From contig NZ_CP007452.1 of assembly GCF_000597865.1 (NCBI RefSeq), positions 417,183 to 441,182 of the forward strand: a stretch of 24,000 bases of DNA, in the 5' to 3' direction. Positions 1 through 9,845 of this stretch are shown piece after piece. The notes under the pieces were generated by a model. That model was given only the letters and a program-made list of their open reading frames with translations. It did no database searches and had not been told where the DNA came from. Within the stretch, counting starts at the first letter, position 1; each line of letters opens with the position of its first letter. The DNA is from Peptoclostridium acidaminophilum DSM 3953 (GTDB taxonomy: Bacteria > Bacillota > Clostridia > Peptostreptococcales > Peptostreptococcaceae). A program made the translations under genes and the position numbers.

Positions 1-2562
1 TTGAAGTCTGAGTCTGCTGAATATAATGAAAGACTTGAATATGAAATCGATGTAATAAAGCAAATGGGATATGTTGAGTATTTTCTCATTGTGTGGGATT
101 TCATAAATTATGCAAAGAGCAGGAATATAATGGTCGGACCCGGAAGGGGATCTGCAGCAGGCTCGCTTGTATCCTACGTGCTCGGCATAACAGACATAGA
201 TCCGATAAAATACGGGCTGATATTCGAAAGATTCCTAAATCCCGAGAGAATATCAATGCCTGATATAGATATAGATTTTTGCTATGAAAGGCGAGAAGAA
301 GTAATAGAGTACGTAAAGCAAAAATACGGCGAAGACCATGTGGCTCAGATTATAACGTTTGGAACACTCGGAGCGAAAGCTGCAATAAGGGACGTTGGAA
401 GAGTAATGGACATACCATACTCGGATGTGGACAGGATAGCCAAGCAGGTGCCTTTTGCGCTTGGAATGAACATAGAAAAGGCTCTGGAGGTAAATCCGGA
501 GCTCAAAAAAGGCTACGACACTGATGCTATGACAAAGAGGATAATAGACGTATCAAGGGAGCTCGAAGGCTTGCCAAGACACGCTTCGACACACGCAGCC
601 GGTGTTGTTATATCAAAAAATTCCGTAGACAGCTACGTGCCGCTTTATATGCATGAAAACTCTATAACCACGCAGTTCCCCATGACAACGCTTGAGGAGC
701 TTGGACTTCTCAAAATGGACTTTCTGGGCCTTAGAACACTTACGGTAATAAGGGATGCACTCGAGCTTGTGGAAAAGAACAAGGGAGTAAAAATTGACTT
801 CTCATGCATGGAGTATGACGATACAAAGGTGTATGAGCTCCTTTCATCCGGCAACACGCTCGGAGTTTTCCAGCTCGAAGGAAAGGGCATGAGACAGTTC
901 ATGAAGGAACTAAAACCGTCCAGCTTCGAGGACATAGTGGCCGGAATTTCGCTGTACAGACCGGGCCCTATGGATTCAATACCAATGTATATAAGAAACA
1001 AGAACAATCCGGGCGAAATAAGGTATGTTCATAAAAGGATGGAGCCAATACTCAACGTGACGTACGGCTGCCTGGTGTACCAGGAACAGGTAATGCAGAC
1101 GGTAAGGGACCTGGCCGGATATTCATACGGCAGAAGCGACCTTGTAAGACGCGCGATGAGCAAGAAGAAAATGGAAGAAATGGAGAGAGAAAGGCAGTAT
1201 TTCATATACGGAAAAACAGATGAAAATGGCAATGTGGAGCTCCCGGGCTGCCTGAGAAACGGGATACCTGAGGAAGCCGCCAACAAAATATATGATGACA
1301 TGATTGATTTTGCAAAGTATGCATTCAACAAGTCCCATGCGGCGGCATACGGAGTGCTTGCCTACCAGACGGCCTACCTGAAGGCCCATTATCCGGTTGA
1401 GTTCATGGCGGCGCTTATAACCAGCGTGATGAGCAATACCGACAAGGTGGTTCAGTATATAAGAGACTGCGCCGATATGGGTATAAAAACGCTCAAGCCC
1501 GATATAAACGCAAGCTTTGAAAAGTTCGGAGTCGAGAATGGAGACATAAGGTTCGGACTTGCAGCTGTCAAAAATGTCGGAGAAAAGGTAATAGGCTCAA
1601 TGGTGGAGGAGAGGCAAAAAAACGGTCCTTTCGCTGACCTTGTGGATTTCCTTAAAAGGGTGGATTCCAAGGATCTAAACAAAAGGGTCATAGAATCTCT
1701 AGTAAAGTGCGGAGCCTTCGACTCGATAAACGGCAACAGAGCCCAGCTTGTGGCAGGGTATGAGGCCATACTCGAGAGCATCGTAACCGACAGGAAAAAG
1801 AATGTTTCGGGACAGATGTCTCTCTTCGATATGATAACAAGCAATGTAAGCAGGAGAAGCGAGGATACCTACAAGCTTCCGGATGTGCCTGAATTCAAGG
1901 AAAAGGACAGACTGATGATGGAAAAAGAGGTTCTTGGAATGTATGTGAGCGGCCATCCTCTTGCAGAATTCTCAAGGGAGCTTTCTCAGTATGGAATAAC
2001 TTCTACAGCGGAGCTACGAGAGGCTTCCGAGGACCCTGAAAAGGCATATGCACTGGACAACAAGAAGGTAAAGATAGGTGGCATGATAGCAGCTAAGACT
2101 GTAAAGACAACAAAAAACAACAATATCATGGCGTTTGTGCAGCTTGAAGATTTATTCGCAAGCGTCGAGATTATTATTTTTCCGGCTGTGCTTGAAAAGT
2201 TTTCCGAGCTAATAAAGGAAGACGCTATTGTTTATGTAGAGGGCAGAATAAGCGTAAAGGAAGACGAGGACATCAAGCTGATTGCAGAAAGCATAAAGGA
2301 GATTACAAAGCTCTCTGATGAATATGCTGAGGAGCCTGAAAAATCAATCTATATCAAGGTAGACAGCATAGCTGAATCGGAAACAATATACAGCATAGAC
2401 AAACTTCTCAAAAATCACGAAGGCGGTTCTCCTGTGCTCATATATTCGGAGGAAGATAAAAAGCTCTACAAGCCAAAAAGCGGCATAAAGGTCAGTATAA
2501 GTGAAAAGCTGCAAAATGACCTTGGAATGTTGATAGGTTTTGACAATGTAAGGGTAAAATAG
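1..2562 (+). CDS. dnaE: DNA polymerase III alpha subunit, C-terminal 853 aa (5' end lies outside the window)
   Basis: The frame is open from the window edge, so position 1 is not a real start. Signatures seen: ISMPDIDIDF, GLLKMDFLGLRTL, FNKSHAAAYG and a C-terminal OB-fold-like region. Stop at 2560-2562. Confidence 0.95.
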   Translation: MKSESAEYNERLEYEIDVIKQMGYVEYFLIVWDFINYAKSRNIMVGPGRGSAAGSLVSYVLGITDIDPIKYGLIFERFLNPERISMPDIDIDFCYERREEVIEYVKQKYGEDHVAQIITFGTLGAKAAIRDVGRVMDIPYSDVDRIAKQVPFALGMNIEKALEVNPELKKGYDTDAMTKRIIDVSRELEGLPRHASTHAAGVVISKNSVDSYVPLYMHENSITTQFPMTTLEELGLLKMDFLGLRTLTVIRDALELVEKNKGVKIDFSCMEYDDTKVYELLSSGNTLGVFQLEGKGMRQFMKELKPSSFEDIVAGISLYRPGPMDSIPMYIRNKNNPGEIRYVHKRMEPILNVTYGCLVYQEQVMQTVRDLAGYSYGRSDLVRRAMSKKKMEEMERERQYFIYGKTDENGNVELPGCLRNGIPEEAANKIYDDMIDFAKYAFNKSHAAAYGVLAYQTAYLKAHYPVEFMAALITSVMSNTDKVVQYIRDCADMGIKTLKPDINASFEKFGVENGDIRFGLAAVKNVGEKVIGSMVEERQKNGPFADLVDFLKRVDSKDLNKRVIESLVKCGAFDSINGNRAQLVAGYEAILESIVTDRKKNVSGQMSLFDMITSNVSRRSEDTYKLPDVPEFKEKDRLMMEKEVLGMYVSGHPLAEFSRELSQYGITSTAELREASEDPEKAYALDNKKVKIGGMIAAKTVKTTKNNNIMAFVQLEDLFASVEIIIFPAVLEKFSELIKEDAIVYVEGRISVKEDEDIKLIAESIKEITKLSDEYAEEPEKSIYIKVDSIAESETIYSIDKLLKNHEGGSPVLIYSEEDKKLYKPKSGIKVSISEKLQNDLGMLIGFDNVRVK

Positions 2563-2576
2563 CATATAGGCGATAA

Positions 2577-2606
2577 AATTGGCAATCCATTAGGATTGTC
2601 AATTTT
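2577..2606 (+). terminator. Rho-independent terminator after dnaE
   Basis: 12-bp stem AATTGGCAATCC / GGATTGTCAATT with one G-U pair and an ATTA tetraloop, running into a TTTT tract. Confidence 0.6.
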
Positions 2607-2650
2607 ACTATAAAAGCAAAAATATAAGATTAAGCCAACAGGAGGGATTT

Positions 2651-3610
2651 ATGAAGACTATAGCAGTACTTACAAGTGGTGGAGATGCGCCGGGAATGAA
2701 TGCCGCCATAAGGGCGGTTATAAGATATGGAATTCACAAGGGATGCAAGGTATATGGAATAAGCAGAGGCTACAAGGGTCTTATAGAAGGAGATCTGGCT
2801 GAGGTGGATTTGCGTTCGGCGTGTGACATAATACACAGAGGAGGCACAATACTCAGGACCGCCAGGTGTGAGGAATTCATGACTGAGGAGGGCAGAAGGC
2901 AGGCGGCAACGGTGCTGAGGGTATTCGGAGTCGACGGGCTTGTTGTGATAGGCGGAGACGGCACGTTCAAGGGAGCCAGAGAGCTTGCAAAGCTTGGAGT
3001 GAATGTTGTGGGAATACCAGGCACAATAGACAATGACCTGCCATATACAGACTATACAATAGGCTTTGATACTGCCATAAACACTGTGCTTGATGCCATA
3101 GGGAAGATAAGGGATACCTCCTCCTCGCATGAGCGGATAAGCATAATAGAGGTAATGGGGAGAAACTGCGGGGACATAGCCCTGTATGCAGGCCTCGCCG
3201 GAGGGGCTGAAGAAGTGGTAATACCCGAAAAGGGGCAGGATATGGAAAAGATATTCAGGGAACTGCTTGAGAGCAAGAGCAGGGGCAAAAAGCAAAGCAT
3301 AATAATACTTTCGGAAGGCGTGGGCGAGGCGCATGAGCTTGAAAAGCAGATAAAAGAAAAAACCAAGATGGATTCGCGCTCGACCGTTCTTGGCCATATA
3401 CAAAGAGGCGGCTCGCCTTCTGCGTTTGACAGGATACTTGCCACCAAGATGGGAGCAACCGCTGTTGAGTTGCTTATTCAGGGAAAGACTGCAAGAGTCA
3501 TAGGCATCAGAAACAACATGATATTCGACATGGATGTAGAAGAAGCATTGGGTGTGATAAAAAAATTCGACAGCGAGACGTATGAGCTTATAGACATACT
3601 TGCAAACTGA
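2651..3610 (+). CDS. pfkA: ATP-dependent 6-phosphofructokinase
   Basis: RBS AGGAGGG lies 4 nt upstream of the ATG. Motifs [29 protein letters not shown] and HIQRGG. 319 aa is the typical length. Confidence 0.95.
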   Translation: MKTIAVLTSGGDAPGMNAAIRAVIRYGIHKGCKVYGISRGYKGLIEGDLAEVDLRSACDIIHRGGTILRTARCEEFMTEEGRRQAATVLRVFGVDGLVVIGGDGTFKGARELAKLGVNVVGIPGTIDNDLPYTDYTIGFDTAINTVLDAIGKIRDTSSSHERISIIEVMGRNCGDIALYAGLAGGAEEVVIPEKGQDMEKIFRELLESKSRGKKQSIIILSEGVGEAHELEKQIKEKTKMDSRSTVLGHIQRGGSPSAFDRILATKMGATAVELLIQGKTARVIGIRNNMIFDMDVEEALGVIKKFDSETYELIDILAN

Positions 3611-3630
3611 TTATGATAGGGAGGTATTGT

Positions 3631-5391
3631 ATGCAATTGAAAAAGACGAAGATTGTTGCGACTATAGGGCCTGCAAGCGAAAATGAGGCGGTGCTTGAAA
3701 AGCTGATAGAAAGCGGCCTTGATGTGTGCAGACTCAATTTTTCACATGGAAGCCACGAAGAGCATAGATGCAGGATGGAAACCATAAAAAAAATCAGGGA
3801 AAGGCTGGATATCCCTGTTGCCATAATGCTTGACACAAAGGGGCCCGAAATAAGGACGGGAAAATTCAAAAATGGAAGGGCGATGCTGGAGGCTAAAAGC
3901 CGCTTTGTGCTTACAACAGCTGACGTGCTTGGTGACGAGACGATATGTAGCGTCAGCTATGAAGGAATTACAAGGGATGTTTCAACAGGCGACAGGATAC
4001 TCATTGATGATGGGAATATATCGCTTATTGTGGAGCAGGTTGATGAAGACAGCTTAACGTGCATAGTCGAAAATCCAGGAGAAATATCCGACAGAAAAGG
4101 AGTGAACATTCCCGGAGCCAAAATCAATCTGCCTGCAGTAACGCAAAAAGACGTGGAAGACATAATTTTTGGAATACAAAACGACATTGACTTTATAGCG
4201 GTTTCATTTACCAGAAAAGCGGCTGATGTGCTGGACATAAGAAGAGTGCTCGAGCAAAACGGCGGAGACCATATCAAGATAATCGCAAAGATAGAGAATG
4301 CAGAAGGCGTGGCAAATGCTGACGACATAATGAAGGTTGCCGACGGACTCATGGTGGCAAGGGGAGACCTTGGTGTTGAAATACCTGCCGAGGAAGTGCC
4401 GCTTGTGCAAAAAAGGCTCATAAAAAAATGCAATGTTGCCGGCAAGCCAGTAATTACGGCAACGCAGATGCTCGACTCCATGATAAGAAATCCCAGACCT
4501 ACAAGGGCAGAGGTCGCTGATGTTGCAAATGCCATATTTGACGGCACAGATGCCATAATGCTATCGGGAGAGACCGCGGCAGGCAAGTATCCGCTGGAAG
4601 CAGTAAGTACAATGAGCAATATAGCCATTACAATAGAAAAATCAATCAATCATGAAAAGCTCTACAAAAGAGTTGCTGACAGCAAGAATTCGGGTGTCAC
4701 AAATGCCGTAAGCCGAGCCACCTGCTCCAGTGCGTGGGAGCTTGGAGCAAGCGGAATAATAACTGCGACATCATCAGGTCTTACAGCGAGAATGGTATCC
4801 AGGTTCAGGCCAAGGTGCCGGATAATCGCAGTGACTTCCTCTGAAAGCGTGCTCAGAAGCCTTTCGCTGGTGTGGGGAGTAAGCCCCATATTGTCAAAAA
4901 AATTCGATTCCACCGATATACTCATAGAGGATGCAATCAGCCGCTCTCTCGAGAAGGAATACATAAAGCCAGGAGAACTGGTAGTGATAACTGCCGGAGT
5001 TCCAGTAGGAATAGCAGGAGGTACGAACTTGATGAAGGTGCATATAGTGGGAGAAGTGCTGGCAAAAGGGACGGGTATTGGAAGGGTTGTTGCGGAAGGC
5101 AGGGCTTGCATAGCTTCGACCGCGGAGGAATGCGGCGTGAAATTTAAAGAAGGCGATGTGCTTGTATGCGTATCCACGGATGCCGATATGAATCAATACA
5201 TGGAGCTTTCGTCGGCAATCATAACCGAGGAGGGAGGCCTGACAAGCCACGCAGCAATAGTTGGGCTCAATCTTGGCAAGCCTGTTATAGTGTCTGTAAA
5301 AGATGCGACTTTGAGCATAAATGACGGTGAAATCATTACAATTGATACACCAAGAGGCATAATATACAGGGGAAGTGTAAGGGTTTTATAG
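3631..5391 (+). CDS. pyk: Pyruvate kinase with extra C-terminal PEP-utiliser (phosphohistidine swivel-like) domain
   Basis: I prefer the ATG at 3631 (RBS AGGGAGG 6 nt upstream) over the track start at 3613. Motifs NFSHG, MLDTKGPEIR and MVARGDLGVEIP. The C-terminal GGLTSHAAIVGLNLGKPVIV matches the Bacillus/Geobacillus-type extension. The dnaE-pfkA-pyk order is common in Firmicutes. Confidence 0.93.
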   Translation: MQLKKTKIVATIGPASENEAVLEKLIESGLDVCRLNFSHGSHEEHRCRMETIKKIRERLDIPVAIMLDTKGPEIRTGKFKNGRAMLEAKSRFVLTTADVLGDETICSVSYEGITRDVSTGDRILIDDGNISLIVEQVDEDSLTCIVENPGEISDRKGVNIPGAKINLPAVTQKDVEDIIFGIQNDIDFIAVSFTRKAADVLDIRRVLEQNGGDHIKIIAKIENAEGVANADDIMKVADGLMVARGDLGVEIPAEEVPLVQKRLIKKCNVAGKPVITATQMLDSMIRNPRPTRAEVADVANAIFDGTDAIMLSGETAAGKYPLEAVSTMSNIAITIEKSINHEKLYKRVADSKNSGVTNAVSRATCSSAWELGASGIITATSSGLTARMVSRFRPRCRIIAVTSSESVLRSLSLVWGVSPILSKKFDSTDILIEDAISRSLEKEYIKPGELVVITAGVPVGIAGGTNLMKVHIVGEVLAKGTGIGRVVAEGRACIASTAEECGVKFKEGDVLVCVSTDADMNQYMELSSAIITEEGGLTSHAAIVGLNLGKPVIVSVKDATLSINDGEIITIDTPRGIIYRGSVRVL

Positions 5392-5654
5392 GAATATAAG
5401 GGGAATTATTCCTGAAAACACTAAAATATTGTTAAATAAATAATAAAATTTAAAAAGTTGCGAAAAAAGTTTTTAACGGATAAAAGATGGGTAAAAAACT
5501 ATTCGAGGAGGTGGAATGAACAAAAGCATGTCTCGCGGAATATTGTTTTTTGAATCGCAATTATCGCGAGAATGAATGTTTTGAATTTTCTGAAAACTAG
5601 ACAATGAGAGTTTTTTCACAAAGTTCAAAAAGTTCTGAATTGTATAAAAAAAAA

Positions 5655-5683
5655 TTGATATTTTGGTATATCGATAGTATAAT
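5655..5683 (+). promoter_or_regulatory. SigA-type promoter for the NSS transporter operon
   Basis: TTGATA (5655-5660), 17-nt spacer, consensus TATAAT (5678-5683), about 75 nt upstream of the ATG at 5758. Confidence 0.5.
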
Positions 5684-5757
5684 CAATATAGCAAAGTATG
5701 AATTTTAAAAAAACAATTGATTCAGCAAAACTCAATCACAAAAAGGAGGGACACATT

Positions 5758-7347
5758 ATGGCAGAACAGCAACAAAGAGAAGAGTGGGGGTCGAAGATTG
5801 GACTTATTCTTGCCATGGCAGGTAACGCAGTAGGTCTAGGTAACTTCTGGAGATTCCCTTATCAGGCTGCTAAAAATGGCGGCGGCGCATTCATGATTCC
5901 TTATTTTGGAGCACTTATTCTTTTAGGTTTACCTCTAATGCTTTGCGAATGGCAACTTGGACGTTACGGTGGTAAGTATGGTCACGGTACTCTTGGACCT
6001 ATGGTATACCTACAGGCTAGAGAGGGTCTTAACCCAAAATCGGCGGCTATAATAGCTTCGATTGCAGGTGCTTTTGCATTTGCCGTAACACTGCTGGTTA
6101 ACTCGTATTACAACCACCTGATAGGCTGGACACTAGGATACGCTGTAATGTCAGTTACGGGCGGATACATGGATACTGCCAAGGGTACTGGCGACATATT
6201 CGTTAGCTACATACAAAACCCGGCTCAGGTATTCACTTTCTGGGTAATAGCTCTTGCGGGACTTGCATGGGCGGTTATGAGAGGAGTTCAGGAAGGTATA
6301 GAGGCATGGGCAAAGCTCATGATGCCTGTACTTTACGTATTCGGTATAATACTTGCGGTAAGGGCTCTTACTCTTGGGGCGCCTGCAAATCCAGACTGGT
6401 CGGCACTTAAAGGTCTTAACTTCGTTTGGAACCCTGATTTTTCAACACTTAACTGGGGATCTGCCCTAGCTGCTGCAGGACAGATATTCTTTACGATGTC
6501 GCTTGGTATGGGTATAGTATGTAACTACGCATCATACCTTAAGCCTGAAGATGACGTAGTTGTATCTTCAGTAGCAATGATATCTCTTAACGAATTTGCA
6601 GAGATAGTTCTTGGCGGTTCTATAGTTATACCTATAGCTTACGCTTTCCTTGGACCTGATGGAATATCGGCAGGCGTTGGTCTTTCGTTCATAGCTTTTC
6701 CAAACGTATTCAGGGTAATGGCCGGTGGACAGATATTCGGAGCCCTTTGGTTCTTCCTTCTGTTCTTTGCTGGATTCACATCAGCAATAGCTATGTACAA
6801 CTACCTTGTTGCGCTTCTTGAAGAGGACCTTGGAATTGAAAGAAAGAAAGGCGCAATATATATATTCCTTGCTTATATAGTAGTAGGGCTTCCAGTTGGT
6901 CTCGAGTCAATACTCACTAAGACTGCAGACCTTGCATACTTTACTGAGGTTGACAACTGGGTAGGTTCATATCTGCTGTTGGTTCTAGGACTAATAGAGG
7001 TATGTGTAGTTGCATTCTTCATGAAGGAGAAGGCGCTTACAGAGATAAACAAGGGAGCGCTTTGGAGAGTGCCAAGCTGGTTCTTCAATCTTTTCATAAG
7101 AGGAATTACTCCTGTTACTCTTACTATAGTTCTATTCTTCTCTACTAAGACATATATTGATGCTGGTTACTTCAGGATAGTGCCAAGCTTTGTAGAGCAG
7201 ACTCCTGTACTTGTACCTTGGGTTCAGGCTGCAAGGGTTGTTATTTTCCTTGTGCTTCTGGTAGGCTTCCTTCAGTCTTACAAGTCAATCAAGACTAAGT
7301 ACGGCAAGGAGCTAGAGTCAGGCAAAGTATCTGTATATGTAGACTAA
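5758..7347 (+). CDS. Sodium-dependent NSS/SNF-family transporter (MetP-like large subunit)
   Basis: The ATG at 5758 follows RBS AAAGGAGGG; the track start at 5698 has no RBS. NSS signature GLGNFWRFPYQAAKNGGGAF. The protein is hydrophobic and multi-TM throughout. Confidence 0.9.
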   Translation: MAEQQQREEWGSKIGLILAMAGNAVGLGNFWRFPYQAAKNGGGAFMIPYFGALILLGLPLMLCEWQLGRYGGKYGHGTLGPMVYLQAREGLNPKSAAIIASIAGAFAFAVTLLVNSYYNHLIGWTLGYAVMSVTGGYMDTAKGTGDIFVSYIQNPAQVFTFWVIALAGLAWAVMRGVQEGIEAWAKLMMPVLYVFGIILAVRALTLGAPANPDWSALKGLNFVWNPDFSTLNWGSALAAAGQIFFTMSLGMGIVCNYASYLKPEDDVVVSSVAMISLNEFAEIVLGGSIVIPIAYAFLGPDGISAGVGLSFIAFPNVFRVMAGGQIFGALWFFLLFFAGFTSAIAMYNYLVALLEEDLGIERKKGAIYIFLAYIVVGLPVGLESILTKTADLAYFTEVDNWVGSYLLLVLGLIEVCVVAFFMKEKALTEINKGALWRVPSWFFNLFIRGITPVTLTIVLFFSTKTYIDAGYFRIVPSFVEQTPVLVPWVQAARVVIFLVLLVGFLQSYKSIKTKYGKELESGKVSVYVD

Positions 7348-7362
7348 TGAGGAGGGATTGAC

Positions 7363-7479
7363 ATGACAGGAGCAGCAATTGGTTTTCTTGTAACAGTATG
7401 GTCCATCGTATTTATAACAATATTTGTCAGCCTCAGAAGGCTTACTAGCGCAGAGGCTGCGAAAAAAGGACAAAAGTAA
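7363..7479 (+). CDS. 38-aa single-TM peptide, MetS-like small subunit of NSS methionine/alanine importers (below the ORF-track size cutoff)
   Basis: RBS GAGGAGGG at 7349-7356, 6 nt before the ATG and 15 nt after the transporter stop. Peptide MTGAAIGFLVTVWSIVFITIFVSLRRLTSAEAAKKGQK has one hydrophobic helix and a basic tail. It is followed directly by a strong terminator. Confidence 0.65.
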   Translation: MTGAAIGFLVTVWSIVFITIFVSLRRLTSAEAAKKGQK

Positions 7480-7490
7480 ACAAAAAAAGA

Positions 7491-7520
7491 AAAAACCTCA
7501 CCTTTTAAGGTGAGGTTTTT
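7491..7520 (+). terminator. Rho-independent terminator of the transporter operon
   Basis: AAAAACCTCACC-TTTTAA-GGTGAGGTTTTT: perfect 7-bp GC-rich stem (extendable by the A/T flanks) followed by T5. Confidence 0.8.
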
Positions 7521-7585
7521 GTATAATATATAGTATAATTGATACAGCACAACTTCAAAACACACACTTACAAGGAGTGACATTA

Positions 7586-8293
7586 ATGACGACAACTGAA
7601 ATACAAGCCGTTCTGGATGAGCTGCATTCAATACTATCGTCCAACACTGTCATCGACAAAAAGAAAAGGGACAAGCTCATATCAGAAATCGAGCAGCTGA
7701 AGAAAGGTTTTAAGGATATACCTGAAATACACGAAAACCTGACTGATGTCTATACATCGCTTGTAAAAAAAGGCAAGGAGCTTAAGGCGCTGTATAGGAG
7801 CAAGGTGACAGCCAATGACAAAAAGGAACTCGAATCAAAGGCAAGTTACTACATAAGATATTTGAAGGCCGCCAAGGGAGACTTTCTTGGGGAAACTCCA
7901 TACGTAATAAAGTACATAAGATTCTTCTTTGTAACGGCTATTCTTTTCATAGCCCTTTCGCCTATGTATTTTGGATTCATATTGCCAGGACTTATGTTCG
8001 TGCCTATATTCCTTGGTTTAAGAGGTGTTAAGCAGCGGACAAAGCCGGGATTTCATTTCAGTCTGGCTGTAGTGCCGGTGGGTATAATGACTGCTGCTCT
8101 TTGGGTCAGATACGGAATGTATGCCATGATGAATTTTGAAAAGGAAGTTGCTGCGGCTATGCAAAATTCTGGACAAGGAGAGTTCGTTGCGCAGCTTCTG
8201 GTTGCTGGACCGCCGATACTTGGAGCGCTGCTTATGATATGCGCATGCATGCAAGCGTACTTCGGCTACAAAAGCAAGGATCTTTTCATATAA
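7586..8293 (+). CDS. Hypothetical membrane protein (N-terminal helical cytosolic region, about 4 TM segments)
   Basis: RBS AAGGAG lies 9 nt before the ATG at 7586; the track start at 7577 is a GTG inside the RBS spacer. No family recognised. Confidence 0.7.
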   Translation: MTTTEIQAVLDELHSILSSNTVIDKKKRDKLISEIEQLKKGFKDIPEIHENLTDVYTSLVKKGKELKALYRSKVTANDKKELESKASYYIRYLKAAKGDFLGETPYVIKYIRFFFVTAILFIALSPMYFGFILPGLMFVPIFLGLRGVKQRTKPGFHFSLAVVPVGIMTAALWVRYGMYAMMNFEKEVAAAMQNSGQGEFVAQLLVAGPPILGALLMICACMQAYFGYKSKDLFI

Positions 8294-8332
8294 TAAGATA
8301 GGAATAGATATAAGAGTAATTATTTTGAATTG

Positions 8333-8361
8333 GCCTTTGCGGTGTAGCAAAGGCTTTATTT
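8333..8361 (+). terminator. Rho-independent terminator
   Basis: GCCTTTGC-GGTGTA-GCAAAGGC perfect 8-bp stem followed by TTTATTT. Confidence 0.65.
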
Positions 8362-8458
8362 ATGATAAAATTGATATGAAAATGTGACATATTCTTGACT
8401 TTAGCCGTGGGATATTCGGATGCTGAAGTTATGTAAAGAAATTTTAAGGAGCGAGCTA

Positions 8459-9820
8459 ATGCTTAGAGAATCAGGAATATATGAAGTTGAAATAATAGAC
8501 CTTACAGAAAAGGGTGAAGGTATAGGAAAAATAGAAGGGCTTACTGTTTTTGTGGATGGCACGCTAGTGGGTGACAAGGCAAAGGTCAAGCTCACAAAGC
8601 TAAAGAAAAACTATGCAACGGGCGAGCTCATAGAGTTGATTTCGCCTTCTGAGGGCAGGGTGGAGTCTCTGTGCCCGTACGACGAGTGCGGAGGCTGCCA
8701 GGTAATGAACCTCTCTTATAAAAAGCAGCTCGAGCTTAAGAAAAATAGCGTAACTCAGACCTTGAGGCGAATTGGCAGTCTTGATGAGAGTGTGTCTGTG
8801 CATGACGTCCTGGGAATGGAGTATCCCTATGAATACAGGAATAAGGCGCAATTCCCCGTAGGTAAAAAAGACGGAGAAATAGTAGTTGGTTTCTACAAGA
8901 AGGGAACTCACGACATTGTGGACGCCAAGAGCTGCTGCATACACAGGAAGGTAAACGAGCAGATAATAGAGCTAGTAAAATACTACATGAAGGAAAATAA
9001 TATAAGTGCGTATGACGAGACAATCCACAAAGGTACGATAAGGCACATAGTGACAAAGATAGGATTTACAACGGGCGAGATAATGGTGGTAATAGTTACA
9101 AATTCAAAGAAGCTAAAAAACGCCAATCTGCTGGCGCATGCACTTAAATCCAACATACCGGGATTCAAAACGCTTGTTCAGAATGTAAACATGGACAAGA
9201 CAAACGTCATACTTGGAAAGCACAATAACATAGTATATGGCGAAGGCAAGATAACAGATTTCATAGGAAGTCTGAGCTTTGAAATATCGCCGCTTTCTTT
9301 CTTTCAGGTAAATCCGCTCCAGACAAGAGTGCTATATGAAAAGGCTCTTGAGTATGCGGCTCTGACCGGGGACGAGACGGTGTTCGACATATACTGCGGC
9401 ACAGGCACGATATCGCTATTTCTTGCACAGAAGGCCAGGAAGGTATACGGAATAGAAGTGATACAGGAGGCAATTGATGCCGCCAGGGAAAACGCGGTGC
9501 GCAACGGCATTCAAAACACTGAATTCTTCACAGGGAAAGCAGAGGATGTGGTTCCAAGACTCTACGAGCAGGGATATACTGCTGATGTTGTAGTAGTAGA
9601 CCCGCCAAGAAAGGGCTGCGACGAGAAGGTGCTTGGCACAATAGTTGAAATGCATCCAAAGAGGGTAGTATATGTTTCCTGCAATCCTTCTACGCTTGCA
9701 AGAGATATTAAGTATTTGTGCGAGAAAGGTTTTAAAGTCAAGGAAGTACAGCCTGTCGACATGTTCCCTCATACAATGCACGTGGAGACGGTATGTTTGA
9801 TGTCAAAAGTGAATAAATAG
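8459..9820 (+). CDS. rumA: 23S rRNA (uracil-5-)-methyltransferase, RumA/RlmD(RlmCD) type with TRAM domain
   Basis: The ATG at 8459 follows RBS AAGGAG. N-terminal TRAM-like region (EVEIIDLTEKGEGIGKIEGLTVFVDG). Fe-S Cys cluster CPYDECGGCQ. SAM-MTase motifs FFQVN, DIYCGTGT, DPPRKG, VSCNPSTLARD and MFPHTMHVE. Confidence 0.9.
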   Translation: MLRESGIYEVEIIDLTEKGEGIGKIEGLTVFVDGTLVGDKAKVKLTKLKKNYATGELIELISPSEGRVESLCPYDECGGCQVMNLSYKKQLELKKNSVTQTLRRIGSLDESVSVHDVLGMEYPYEYRNKAQFPVGKKDGEIVVGFYKKGTHDIVDAKSCCIHRKVNEQIIELVKYYMKENNISAYDETIHKGTIRHIVTKIGFTTGEIMVVIVTNSKKLKNANLLAHALKSNIPGFKTLVQNVNMDKTNVILGKHNNIVYGEGKITDFIGSLSFEISPLSFFQVNPLQTRVLYEKALEYAALTGDETVFDIYCGTGTISLFLAQKARKVYGIEVIQEAIDAARENAVRNGIQNTEFFTGKAEDVVPRLYEQGYTADVVVVDPPRKGCDEKVLGTIVEMHPKRVVYVSCNPSTLARDIKYLCEKGFKVKEVQPVDMFPHTMHVETVCLMSKVNK

Positions 9821-9845
9821 GAGGCTGAAAAGCCTGAAAAACAAG

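Noticed and set aside
645-2565. Seven minus-strand ORFs (73-130 aa) inside dnaE
   Set aside because: They are antisense shadows of a confidently identified gene. They are Ser/Leu/Phe-rich and low-complexity, with no RBS and no recognisable motifs.
2630-3869. Minus-strand ORFs, including a 257-aa one (2630-3403), overlapping pfkA and the start of pyk
   Set aside because: They are fully antisense to pfkA, which has unmistakable PFK motifs. Their Tyr/His/Leu-rich composition is typical of the reverse frame of an AGA/ATA-rich gene.
3872-5250. Alternative-frame and antisense ORFs within pyk (for example 3957-4649 on the - strand, 230 aa)
   Set aside because: They overlap a full-length pyruvate kinase. 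The Ser/Thr/Ala low-complexity translation gives no independent support.
4900-5391. Extra C-terminal PEP-utiliser domain on pyruvate kinase as a possible novelty
   Set aside because: This extension, with the TSHAAIV motif, is a known feature of many Bacillus/Geobacillus/Clostridia pyruvate kinases.
5400-5757. T-box or other riboswitch upstream of the amino-acid-type transporter
   Set aside because: I could not find the conserved T-box sequence (GGGTGGTACCGCG-like) or any riboswitch core I recognise. The best promoter also lies downstream of most of this region.
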